From the NCBI RefSeq assembly GCF_963676685.1, contig NC_092348.1, positions 71,052,001-71,116,000 of the forward strand: 64,000 nt of DNA, written 5' to 3'. The DNA is from Mytilus edulis. Taxonomy: Eukaryota. The notes beneath the pieces were generated by a model that made no database searches, was not told where the DNA came from, and saw only the letters and a list, made by a program, of their open reading frames with translations. Both the position numbers and the translations under genes were made by a program. Positions 39,201 through 50,097 of the stretch are shown here, piece after piece; the first letter of the stretch is position 1, and each line of letters opens with the position of its first letter.

Positions 39201-42200
39201 ATAGCATTATAAGACGAATTTATAACATGTATAAGGATTCAGGGGTTCCAAGATCAAACCATCTGTCGTATTTTGAAATGTTTTTTTTTATCGAAAAGGA
39301 AAGTAAAAGTAACTATATGTATGTAAAACTTATATATGTTCTAAAAGTTGAAATTGTAAAATGTTCAATATAAAGAAGTAAAAACACTACCCGAATTTGT
39401 AGAATTCTTTATCAGAAGATATTCCATTGTGATTCGCCACTGATGGGGAGTGTATTTTAACTTTATTCATTGAAGCGAACTAAAATTAAGAAAAATCTTA
39501 TTTCAAATTTGCGAAATGATTGTTAACAGAATATTAGTTTAATATCGAATATGTCATGTATGTCTCACCAAAATATGGGCAATGTTTAAAATAGTTGCAT
39601 TGAAAGAAAAACACCTACATGGTTTTCAACCTTTGTAATGGTAATAACGCATATCTAGGTATCTTTCATAGTTCAAATTACTTTTCTAATCTTTGTAAAA
39701 TAGCTATATATCCCTTTAAAGTGTTAAATATCTCGAGTTTTTCATACAATATTACTTTCCTTCAAGTAGCAACCTCAAGGAACTAACCCATAGGGTTGAC
39801 AATTTTGTTTATTTATTACTTCAATGTTCCATAATTGCATACTATTCCTTATTGAATATTGGCACATATAATAAATGATGAATTAATCAAAATTAACAAA
39901 ACAAAAAAGTAATTGAAAGTGTTTGCATTGATAAATCAGCACAAAAATATCAAAATATCAATATAAAAAGTAACCGACTTCTAAATGTAGTACTTTGTGC
40001 TAACAATTAAAATTTGATTTAAATGTTATTCTTCGTCATTTTGTTCGAGATTGATCAGGCATATTCAGATAGCCTATTATAGAAATAAATTGATACCTAC
40101 GATAAAGGTTTATTACAGCAGTAGTTTTCATTGGAATATCCAAAGCGTCACTGTTTGCTTCACATGAAACATGTGTTGTATCATAAAGTCTCGGTATGTT
40201 TCGCAAAATGTATCGCAACTCTTGGACACCAGTGTGGACAGTTGTTTCAAGAACTACAAGAGATAAAGTAGGAGCAGGAATTCCCCCAGTAGCTACGCAT
40301 TCAATGAGTAGATCCTGTCTTTCTGTACCAGTCAATATATTATCTGTTAAGGCGTTTCGAATTATTAAACTTTTTGGAAGCTCTAAAATAGAACGATTAA
40401 TTAATTTGTGTGTACATGCAGTTTCATATGTAACTGGTTGAATGTAACTACAAAATGCTTAAATATAAATGTATATATATAGAAACCACATTTTCTATTA
40501 CTGTATTTATAATTGTATGATTCATTTCCACCAACTCAAATGTTGTGCAATGTTATTCATATGTGCTAGTTGGTATGCCCCCGATTAGTGTCTTTGTATT
40601 TAATATTTTATGAATCAAGATTTACACTTTAATGTGTTATGATTGCCAATAAAACTGTCAACCAGAGACCTAAACCCGGACGTCGATTTTAAACGGTTTG
40701 TTAAGTACTTTAGTTTATTAACTATCATGTTGATTACATAAGAAATCACATAGAAAGTCAATGTCCCTCTCCCTAAGTCAAACATGACTGGCTGTTTTGT
40801 TCAAGTTCCGTTTTGGTCGTATAAATATTCAAATATGTTTTAATTATCGACCTTCAATATTCTCTTTAGTGTTACTGAGATAAGAGAAATCCAGAACGCC
40901 CGTGGACGCACGTTTCTTTGAATATGCATTCATATTGGAATTTAATGGAATTTAACTATTTGTTTTATTCAAAAAGTATTTAAATTTGGATTGTTTATCT
41001 AACTTTCTGTTAAAAATTAAAATCGAGAAAAAAAATGACAAAACAAAACTGTAGCTATACATTAGTAAACAAAATAAACGTAAGGATTTCGTTTGACAAA
41101 TTTGTAGTGCTGTTTGATTACCAAATTATTGAAAGGTGTTTGTCCTTTAAGTTATATTTCCTAATTTATTTGACTGGTGAGCTGTACTATCTGTTTATTT
41201 TCCCTTTAGTTTTTCGCTGCTTTTAATTATGTCTGATACTAATGATACTAATGATATTTTCCCAACAAATACCCCAGTGACATGAACCATGCATTTTGCT
41301 CACCATACAAAGTCAACTGTAAGAAGTATTCGTCAGTAATTCCTCCTCTGCACCTGTAAATCCCCTCATCAACAGGTTGAGTGTTCACTACATGTAATCT
41401 GTAGTACAGCCCAGTATTAGGATTGGCTGATGTTTTGTACTTTGTATCATTAATAGTTACATACTGATTAGCGATTACAGACCATCCCTCAATCCCATTT
41501 TTGGACCATATCAGTCTTGCATTTTCAATACTACACTGTAGAACTGACTCGTGTCCTCGTTTAACATATTGTTGAAAGGGATCCAATACTGTACCTGTAC
41601 CAGTTGCATATACGTCTGTTAAAAATATACCTACAAAGTACAATAATCATCTGATGGGAGTGAAATGTGGAAATGTTATAATTGTTAGTCATATAATTTC
41701 TTGTTGGTTTGTACACAGGTTCTGTGGAGTTCTTTGTGTCATTCATGAATGATATTGTTTTAAATAATAATTTTGCATTTTTCAAGTTTAGTTCTCACTG
41801 TTGAAATGTGTGTTTGGTTTTTATTTTGTTGAAATGTTGCTTCATCCGCACTAATTTCGTTGCCATTTTTCGGATGGTATGATGAACAATAAACAAACTG
41901 GTCAAAAGAGAGAAGATAAAGTAGTATACATTAGAGAAATCATCTCGAAGTGCATTCGCTTAAGCCGTAAACATATGAATGTCTACCACAAACCTACACA
42001 CGCGGGTTACTACATATATCTTTGTGTTTACATTATGAACACCTGAAGTATTGACATTTAAAAAAAAACATTTAATTTGTTGACACATATTGATTTCATA
42101 ATTATATTGATAAATGATGCATATATACATTTTATATGAATGAATTTCGGAAGATTTGAAGTCCTAAAAAATATCTGAAAACAAAAACTTCACTTTTTTT

Positions 42201-42427
42201 AAATGCGTATTTCATGTTATTCAATTTTGACCAAATTAAGGCAAAAGTAGTTTACCGATGTTTAACTCTCTTAAATCGATCAAAAAGACAAATCAAGGTT
42301 ACAAACATAAGATAATTGTAGTCCCATAATATGTCGAACTCAAAAAGGAGCGAGCTCGCCTGAATGGTACATACTTACTGCACACCATTAAAAGTAAACC
42401 AGTCAAATAGGAGATTGCAAAATCCAT
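27151..42427 (-). CDS. Gene B (complete, about 753 aa): Ig-superfamily type I receptor, leader + 5 Ig domains + TM + 4 ITAM-like repeats + terminal YEN motif
   Basis: 18 exons: 42379-42427, 41304-41630, 40101-40382, 38608-38907, 37624-37920, 36862-37203, 35554-35676, 34701-34719, 34156-34238, 33577-33601, 32951-33021, 32440-32464, 31930-32000, 30738-30762, 28684-28754, 28180-28204, 27855-27925, 27151-27206. Total 2262 nt, open throughout. Confidence 0.92.
27855..27925 (-). CDS. Gene B exon 17, ITAM-like repeat 4 (SPTQHYEDLGLKNNPTVYDDLINE)
   Basis: 71 nt, catttttag-type acceptor, GTGAGT donor. Confidence 0.87.
28180..28204 (-). CDS. Gene B exon 16, 25-nt spacer micro-exon (DCGETTVN)
   Basis: ttacag / GTAATA, phase 1-2. 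Confidence 0.75.
28351..28395 (+). ncRNA. Minimal hammerhead ribozyme motif, second subfamily
   Basis: GCGUUC-CUGAUGA-AGG(uaaaau)CCA-GAAA-A(gcgc)UUC-GGACGU; palindromic loop 3. Confidence 0.6.
28684..28754 (-). CDS. Gene B exon 15, ITAM-like repeat 3 (SSGAHYEDLGRKNAAYVYDDLKGE)
   Basis: 71 nt, taacag / GTAGGA. Confidence 0.88.
29018..29382 (+). repeat. Dispersed repeat, possibly a retroelement 3' fragment
   Basis: Inverted copy at about 15520-15760; absent from paralogous intron in gene A. Confidence 0.65.
29916..29960 (+). ncRNA. Minimal type I hammerhead ribozyme motif (stem II mismatch)
   Basis: GCGUCA-CUGAUGA-GUC(uuaugua)GAA-GAAA-C(gagc)GUC-UGGCGU. Confidence 0.7.
30738..30762 (-). CDS. 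Gene B exon 14, 25-nt spacer micro-exon (ASQENEDS)
   Basis: tttacag / GTAATT. Confidence 0.8.
31930..32000 (-). CDS. Gene B exon 13, ITAM-like repeat 2 (SSSRNYEKLGLKDAPNVYEDLTDK)
   Basis: 71 nt, ttttacag / GTGATG. Confidence 0.88.
32440..32464 (-). CDS. Gene B exon 12, 25-nt spacer micro-exon (APYANKDL)
   Basis: tttttcag / GTATGG. Confidence 0.8.
32951..33021 (-). CDS. Gene B exon 11, ITAM-like repeat 1 (RPTKHYATLGLQDVPNAYDNLSNE)
   Basis: 71 nt, ttgtttcag / GTGAGA. Confidence 0.88.
33577..33601 (-). CDS. Gene B exon 10, 25-nt spacer micro-exon (ASNKDRDQ)
   Basis: ttaacag / GTATGA. Confidence 0.8.
34156..34238 (-). CDS. Gene B exon 9, cytoplasmic, single YDEV motif
   Basis: 83 nt, ATVAFEKTDSDDHTHNYDEVQNSSGTQN. 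Confidence 0.85.
34701..34719 (-). CDS. Gene B exon 8, 19-nt micro-exon (GHQRCE)
   Basis: tttttcag / GTAAGT. Confidence 0.82.
35172..35217 (+). ncRNA. Minimal type I hammerhead ribozyme motif (best-preserved copy) in a dispersed repeat
   Basis: GCGUCA-CUGAUGA-GUCU(gauaa)AGAC-GAAA-C(gcgg)GUU-UGGUGU: core, stem II, short stem III, stem I pairing. Confidence 0.75.
35554..35676 (-). CDS. Gene B exon 7, transmembrane exon
   Basis: 123 nt, TSTIKPETMSSGVIIGAVCGSLVSIIVLMVVLVLIIFKRRK. Confidence 0.92.
36862..37203 (-). CDS. Gene B exon 6, Ig domain 5 (cysteine-less)
   Basis: 342 nt phase 1-1; about 84% aa identity to gene A exon 6. Confidence 0.92.
37624..37920 (-). CDS. Gene B exon 5, Ig domain 4
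   Basis: 297 nt; about 89% aa identity to gene A. Confidence 0.95.
38608..38907 (-). CDS. Gene B exon 4, Ig domain 3
   Basis: 300 nt; about 85% aa identity to gene A. Confidence 0.95.
40101..40382 (-). CDS. Gene B exon 3, Ig domain 2
   Basis: 282 nt; about 68% aa identity to gene A. Confidence 0.93.
41304..41630 (-). CDS. Gene B exon 2, end of leader + V/I-type Ig domain 1
   Basis: 327 nt; LQC..W..DEGIYRC; about 57% aa identity to gene A. Confidence 0.95.
42379..42427 (-). CDS. Gene B exon 1, signal peptide (MDFAISYLTGLLLMVC)
   Basis: 49 nt, ATG to GTAAGT, phase 1, hydrophobic. Confidence 0.87.
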
Positions 42428-42466
42428 ATGCACGTATAAAATTCTTCTTTGCAATCTATTTTTTAA

Positions 42467-42475
42467 ACTTCCTGT
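42467..42475 (-). promoter_or_regulatory. Putative ETS site ACAGGAAGT upstream of gene B
   Basis: About 40 nt upstream of ATG; changed to ACAAGAAGT in the orphan copy (46739-46747). Confidence 0.45.
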
Positions 42476-43614
42476 TTGCACTTTAAATATAAAATGTCAG
42501 ACACACATATATACTACACAAGTGTTATTCATAATAGAATTAGTTTAATCTGTTACGATCTTATTTAAGAGGAATAGATAAATACATCATACATTAAATA
42601 GATAAGGAAACAATTATTAGTGGTGTATGCATTGAAAACACATCAATGAGAGGCCCATAATGCTTGCCGAAACCATCTTTATTGTCATCACATGCAAGTC
42701 CCTATCAGTCCTTTAAAAAAATCCGTCCAATAGCAGCTAGGTCTTTGGACTAAATCTGAAATATCCAATTAGATGTTGACAGACTTCAGAAACAAATTAA
42801 GAGTGTCTGCTTCATTTGTTTGGTATTTTTATTAAAGTTGACTTATCGGGGCCTTTTAAAGCTGACTTTGCGGTATGGGCTTTGCTCATTGTTGAAGTCC
42901 GTACGGTGACCTATAGTTGTTAATTTCTGTGTCATTTTGATCTTTTGTGGATAGTTGTCTCATTGGCAATCATACCACATCTTCTTTTTCTATATAAAGC
43001 TCGGTGGAATAATAACGGTTAGGGATTTTCTAGATGTGTTGGATACTATTTGGTAGGCTTGGAATGTTCTTTGCTCTTTAGTTAAATTGTTGACTCTTTG
43101 ACACATTCTTCCGTTTCCAATCTCATTTATTTTTATATAATAAGTATGACAAAATCAACGATTTAACATTTCTTATCGTTCACCTCCGATTCTTGAGTAT
43201 ACCGGCGTACAAGCATAGTTTTTTTTTCTAGCGTAAGATACTTACTTTCATCAGTTGACAAATATTATATTGCCGCGTTTAAAAGTGTGTTTGAAATTTT
43301 CAACTTAACTCTTTTCAAAATCATTACTTTCGTGGATTTACAAGTTAATGGTAGGATATTTACTAGAGCTAAATAACTCGCGAATATATCATAAAGGCCT
43401 TAAAACATGATATTATATATTTGCATATTGTAACTTTGTCTGATTTAAATATTTATATCCGAGTTTTTTTTTCTTCTTTTAATAATTGCGAAATAATGAC
43501 GAAATATTCGCCTTTTTTACTGGAATAGAGTGGACTAACTAATGACAAAAAACAAAGGATATCAAATGCGTCAAAAGAGAAGTATTAAAATATGAAACGT
43601 ATTGCAAAATATAA

Positions 43615-44162
43615 GGCAGGATTGTGCCTGATATTCATATGATGAAGACATGAATTTTTCAATCCGTTTAATTGAAGTCCGGAGCTGGCATGTCAGTTAA
43701 CTGCTAGTAGTCTGATGTTATATTTGTATTATTGTCATTTTGTTTATTTTCTTTGGTTACATCTTCTGACATCAGACTCGGACTTCTCTTGAACTGAATT
43801 TTAATGTGCGTATTGTTATGCGTTTACTTTTCTGCATTGGATAGAGGTAAAGAGGAGGGTTGAGATCTCACAAACATGTTTAACCCCGCCGCATTGTTGC
43901 GCCTGCCCCAAGTCAGGAGCCTCTGGCCTTTGTTAGTCTTGTATTATTTTAACTTTTAGTTTCTTGTGTACAATTTGGAGTTTAGTATAGTGTTCATTAT
44001 CACTGAACCAGTATATATTTGTTTAGGGGCCAGCTGAAGGACGCCTCCAGGTGCGAGAATTTCTCGTTGCATTGAAGACCTGTTGGTGACCTTCTGCTGT
44101 TGTCTGCTCTATGGTCGGGTTGTTGTCTCTTTGGCACATTCCCCATTTCCATTCTCAATTGT
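43615..44162 (+). repeat. Dispersed repeat, same family as 17925-18497
   Basis: Direct sequence match; interrupts the duplicated 5' region of gene B. Confidence 0.85.
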
Positions 44163-44400
44163 ATGGGTTATAGGAGTTAACAAATCCTATTATCAATTGT
44201 ACATAGCAATAGTCTGTATTAATTGCTGATATCGCCAACAATTGCTGATAAACATTAATTAAGTACGTAGAAACAATTGTGATTAGTGTGCTGCTTCACC
44301 ACTGACTAAGAGGTGTGGATGGTTGAGATATGGCAAACATAGTTTAACCCCGTCAGTGCTTTTAATGACTTTACCAATCATGTACGTTGCTTTTCGTGTT

Positions 44401-44720
44401 TGCTGTGGGTGCTGACATCCATTCCTGTTTTTAGATTGTTTGCTGCTGTTTCTGTCATCCATTCTTGTTTTTATATTGTTTTTTGTTGGTTCTGAAATCC
44501 ATTTTTGTTTTTAGATTGTTTGTTGTTGGTTCTGACATCCATTCTTTTTTTTTTAGATTGTTTGTTGTTGGTTCAGATTACATCCATTCCTGTTTTTAGA
44601 TTGTTTGTTGTTGGTTCAGATGACTTTCATTCTTGTTTTAGATTGTTTGTTGTTGGTTCTGACATCCTTTCTTGTTTTTAGATTGTTTGTTGTTGATTCT
44701 GTCATCCATTCTTGTTTTTC
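44401..44720. repeat. Minisatellite, about 8 copies of a 40-bp unit
   Basis: Unit tctgacatccattcttgtttttagattgtttgttgttggt. Confidence 0.9.
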
Positions 44721-46651
44721 GTTGTTCTCTTTTTTAAATATCAGATTTTTGGTGAACTCGTTTTACATTTTTGTCACTTTTCATATGCCTTTATATATGT
44801 AGCTTACTATATTATGGTTTCAGTACATTGTTTTGTTGTCGTTCTGATCTTCGGTGGATACTTTTCATAGTAGTAATTATAACCATACCACATCGTTTTA
44901 GTATTATATATCAAAATCAATTGGAAAGAGCTTATAATTTATAATTCCTTGATATATTATATTCCGTGATTAACCTTAAAATAGACATCGATTTAGACTG
45001 GGAACAGTATATCTAAGGTTAATTTATATGTTCCTGATCTAGTTATGTTCAAAATATGCGGTTTCAATGTGTGCATGTCTTAATATGTTTGTCAAGAAAC
45101 ACTAAAATATTTAATGTGACAGCCAAAAAGGGACAGAAACACGATAAGATATATACATGACAAATAGTGTTGAAAACAATATAGCAAATATAGATTGGAT
45201 GAGGAAACTGTAATTTTGTTAATTAGTATTTATAACATTTATGTAATATTGAACTCGGTCATTATGACGCAATGTATCACGTCACATCCAGATATACTTT
45301 CCCAAAATCACAAATAACTACATGTAGGACGTGTAAAAGTATATATATATATATATAAAACAGTCGTTTTTAGTACAAATTCACACTATAACATTTTAAA
45401 AAGTACTATTAGCAGTGAGAAATTTACAAAGCGGTAGGGTAATGTATTGTGTTTTCTACTGTCAAAATGTTAGATATAATATACTGCATGAAATAAAACA
45501 CCATGCAGTCAACTTTTGTCTTATCATCATGTTCTACTTATTACAAAATCTGAATTATAATGTTAATGCACATTTGTATGTCTAAACGGCCTCAAAATGA
45601 GAAATTAATTCTGCTATGGCATAAATCAAACTCTTCTTGTTGTTTTAACGATAGAGTTGGTTGAGGCATAATTGCTGTTTCGACCATAGAAACTATATTA
45701 TAAAATTTTGTGAAAAATTAAATTTGGGCAAACATTGGAAAGAGGCATTTCGAAAGTTAAAATCTTCAGAGCAAATTCAGAATTCAAAATTCAAACAGCA
45801 TAATTATGTAAATATCTGAACTTAAAAAACGTTAAGTACTTTATATCAAAATTTAAAATTGATTGACTTCAAAAGAACTGATGATATCTTACTATAATTT
45901 CAGTCTAAAAAAAAACGTTTGCGCCTGTTAAACCGGCTGTGTCTTTTTTACCTTTCGTGACATTTTTCCTATATATATGCCATCGCCTCGGACCTTGACC
46001 TGACTACTCGCGTAGAAAAACTATCTGGCAACGGTTGTTATCGGACTGTTTCTTGGTAACCTATGTATTGTATCTAATACATACATTTGTTGTATCATTG
46101 GCACTCATAACACATCTTCCTATATCTATTTGTATTGGTAAATGATGTATATATACATTTTATTTTGAATAAATTTTGGAAGATGTAAAATCCTATAAAA
46201 TATTTGGAAAAAAGAAATTCTTCTTTTTTAATGCGTATTTCATATTGTTCAATTTTGACAAAATTAAGGCAAAAGTGGTTTACTAATAATCAATTCTCAT
46301 ACATTCATCAATAATTAAGACATATAAAAAAAAGTAACATGTGCTAAAAAAGGAGCGAGATTGCGTGCGTCGATATGGTATGCATGTGCGTTGGATGCGT
46401 CGATATGATGTGTCCCAAGTTAGCATTGTCAGTAGCCTCCGGACTTTGTTAGTCTTCAATAAAGTTGTATGATTTTTAATTTTAGTTCATTTATAAGTTT
46501 TGGAGTTTATTATGGCGTCCATTATCACTGAAGAACTAGTATACAATTTGTTTAGGGGCCTTTGGTTAGTTCCAGTCTGCTCGTTGGTGGGTTTGTTGTC
46601 CCATTGACACATTCCCCATTTCCATTTTCAATCTTAAAATATAATACTTAC

Positions 46652-46701
46652 TGCACCACATGAAAAGTAAACCAGTAAAGCAGTGGTTTGCAAAAAACCA
46701 T
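46652..46701 (-). pseudogene. Orphan duplicate of gene B leader exon with +1 frameshift
   Basis: Homologous to 42379-42427, keeps ATG and GTAAGT donor but is 50 nt (extra T in a T6 run); would otherwise read MVFANHCFTGLLFMWC. Confidence 0.75.
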
Positions 46702-47087
46702 ATGCACGTATAGATCTTCTTTACAATATGTATTTTAAACTTCTTGTTCGCACTTTAAAATAAAAAATGTCAGATAACACATGTACTACACAAGTGTTAG
46801 TCATAATAGAATTGGTTAAATGTAAATCAATCAAACAAGGAATAGATAAACACATCATACATAATATAGATAAGGAAACATTTATAACTATGCATTGAAA
46901 AGACACCAATAAGAGACCAACGCTAAAGTGGCAGACACCATCTTTCTTGGCAACCCATTCACGTCCCTATATCCGTCCTTAAATAATCCTTCTAATAGCA
47001 GGTCCCGGCCCATATTTGCGAGTTATTTAGCTCAATTTTATAGATATCTTACTTTCATTAGTTGTTGATGAATATGATAAGGCAGAG

Positions 47088-47246
47088 CCGTGGCGGATAT
47101 TAGAATTTTTTACAAGGGGGGCCATTAACTGACCTAAGGGGACCGCCCCAGTCATGCTTCAGTGATTCTCTATATAATAGACCCATTTTTTTTCCCACAA
47201 AACACAAAATGGGCCGGGACACAAGATCCCTCCTGGATCCGCCTAT
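47088..47246. mobile_element. Short hAT-like MITE
   Basis: gtggcggat...ggatccgcct ends; absent from the duplicate copy near 43260. Confidence 0.5.
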
Positions 47247-48934
47247 TCAGAGTTTACACTAAACAAAATTGAGCTAAATAACTCTCAAATATATAAGGAA
47301 AGGCCTTAAAGCAAGTTATTGTATGTTTGTATATAGTAACTGAAAGTTTGTCTATTTAAAGATTTATTTCCGAGTTTTTTTCTTATCCCTAAATAATTTC
47401 AAGTAATATAAGTGGGGAAATATTCGCTTTTCCACTGGAAGAGAATGGACTAGCAAATGACAAAAGAGAAAATGATATAAAATGCGTCAAAAAGAAAATT
47501 ATTGAATTATGAAACGAAATAGCAAAATGTGGAGGTTATAATGGGTATAGGACTTCACAAACTCAATGATCATTGTATAGCAAATTGCCAATGGTCGTTT
47601 CGATTAGGATGTATAACTGTATCAATTGCTGCTGTCGTCAACAATAATTATTGCTTATAAACTTGGTTTAAACAATAAAGAAGTTCGTAGAAATAATTGT
47701 GATTAGTGACCATGTGCGAGACTTTGATTAACACAAACTTGAACTTAAAAAAGGTTACCCACGCGATCCTTCATATTACCCCACACGACTTATATAAAGG
47801 AAAATAAGAGTCAATAGGGTTACACTGAAGACCTGAAAGTGGACCTGAAAAGACCTGAAAATATACGACTAAAATTGCAATAACTTTTTTTTTATTGGAT
47901 GGAATTTCTTCAAGTTGGAATTTTATTAATTGCAAATATCCATAGTTCATTGAAATCTAGACATTTTAAATTTAAAACAAATTTTTGATGCCAAAAGTTG
48001 GACCTAAGGGAGAAATGAAAAGACCTGAAAGGATCTGAAAGCACCTGAAAATCTATGGTCGGACTAATTCTTACTTCAATAACTTTTTTAATATGCAATG
48101 ATTCTATTTCAAATTTAGATTTTTTGAAACTAAAAGTTCAGTTTAATGATAAAGTTAAAAAAATATGTATGGAAAATATCGTTGGGGTGTGAAAACTCGG
48201 ACCTGAACGGAAAATTAAATAACATCAATTTGCTTGAAAAGACTGCGGTCAGATTTATTAAAGATCTTAACTGTTTTGAGTCAATCTCCTTGAAATATGA
48301 ATTTTGTTACAGGAAAGATTTCAGGAAAGGTATAATATATCATTGAAATGATAAAGAATTTTATCGAAAATATAATGGTTGAGTTACAAAATTCGGACCT
48401 TGTCGGGGAAATAAAAGTCATGAATTGATCATATATATAGGGGTAGATGTATTAAAAATCGCACAAGACATTGTTTTTTCTATTTGTTTTTATTTTAGTC
48501 AAAAGTCTATTAGAAAACGAATGACTATATTTATACAGGAACATATTTCAATACAAAATACTTGTTGATGATATATCCTGGACCTAAAGAGAAAAAAAAG
48601 AAGATTGCCCGTTGAAATTATTCAAACTAATTCAACTTGCTTAAACTGTATTAATATATATATTAAAGCAGGTCTTAAACTGTTTTATTTATAAAATGAA
48701 AATTAGTATTGCTTCCCCATAAACAAGCATATGTAATTTAAAAATGCGTGTTTGTCGAATGAAATGTCACAGTTTTAATTAAACGAACGTGTGCCGGTTG
48801 TAATTCTCGCCTTGATAATTGGATCATTAGTCTAAATAAACACTTCACTTTAATCTTTTAATTGGATTATCACTATATCTTGTTACACGAACTATAAAAT
48901 ATTGCTCGGTCACAAATTCAACTATAAACTTTAC

Positions 48935-49526
48935 AAAGGAGTAGGTTCAGTAAAACCCCTTTTTGGCCCCAAAATATAGCAGTTTTACAAAATTGTAAAA
49001 ATGTAATCATTTAGCTATTTATTGGAATGACGAATGATTCTGCTACACAAATATGGGCTGTTTTTGACATAGCAATGCACATATATCGGGTACTATAACA
49101 TCATTAAGTCATGCTAAATTACTGAAATCTTCACAATTTTAGCATTTTTATTAGTTAAATTTTAAATGGTTTCCGGCTTAAATGAAAGTGGCCGCATTCG
49201 TGTTCATTCATATTGAAATGTATATTGTATTTTATGATAATACATAACATATATAAAGGTTGAAGATGAACACGAATGCGGCCACTTTCATTTTTGACAA
49301 AAAACAACTGAAAAGTGACGTTTTTTTTTGCATATTTGATAGATTCTTCTTATTTAAGCTTGAATCGGAGCGTTTTAATGACTACATCAGTTAAAATCTT
49401 TCACATAAACTAATTGAATCAATTGAAATAGACACTGAAGTGTTTAAAAAGTATCCAAAATCTTTCGTTAGATAAACCTGAAATTTGAGGCCAAAATCGG
49501 CCCTTACCGGACCTAGCTACTCCTTT
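48935..49526. mobile_element. Nested MITE
   Basis: aaaggagtagg...ctactccttt termini and internal inverted repeat 49181-49291. Confidence 0.75.
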
Positions 49527-50097
49527 AAAATACTGATAAGCATATATCAAATAATAAGTGAATTCAAATCAACGCTCTAACTTTTTATAAATAGTCAACT
49601 TTGAATCGTTTCTAGTCAGCTGCAACTGAATATCATAATAAAAATAAACACAAACAAGGGACACAATACATAATTTATTTTTAAAACCAAACTCTCAATC
49701 CCTAATAGAAGTTAATTTTCAAAATCACATTAATTCTTTTTCTCAATTTGTTAAGTTTTCTATTTAAATTTATTAAAATAAATAAATGTCTTGTTCTTTC
49801 GAGTTTTGATTATTCTTTAGTATCTCCCGTCTTTACTTGTATCTGTTTTGCGTATCTTATTAGTTTCTTCCGTCAATAAAAATTAGTAAGAAGATGTGGT
49901 GTGATCTCAATGAGACAGATCTCCACAAGAGACCAAATGACCTGGAACATGAAAAGTTAACAACCATATTTTTTCGTCTATGTTTATTATTTTCGTTTTA
50001 AAAAAATATTAGCCGAATTTAAGGCTCATTCAGATTTTTAATTTTCCGTTCAGGTCCAAATTTTGAATCCCTTACGATATTTTTCATACATATTTTT

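Larger units (their letters stand above)
46135..47710. repeat. Local segmental duplicate of gene B 5' region (about 42108-44290)
   Basis: Collinear blocks: 42108-42730 vs 46135-47000, 43240-43610 vs 47045-47530, 44160-44290 vs 47530-47710; each copy has different TE insertions. Confidence 0.85.

Noticed and set aside
44401-44720. CRISPR-like periodicity
   Set aside because: Contiguous tandem units without unique spacers, no cas genes, eukaryotic context.
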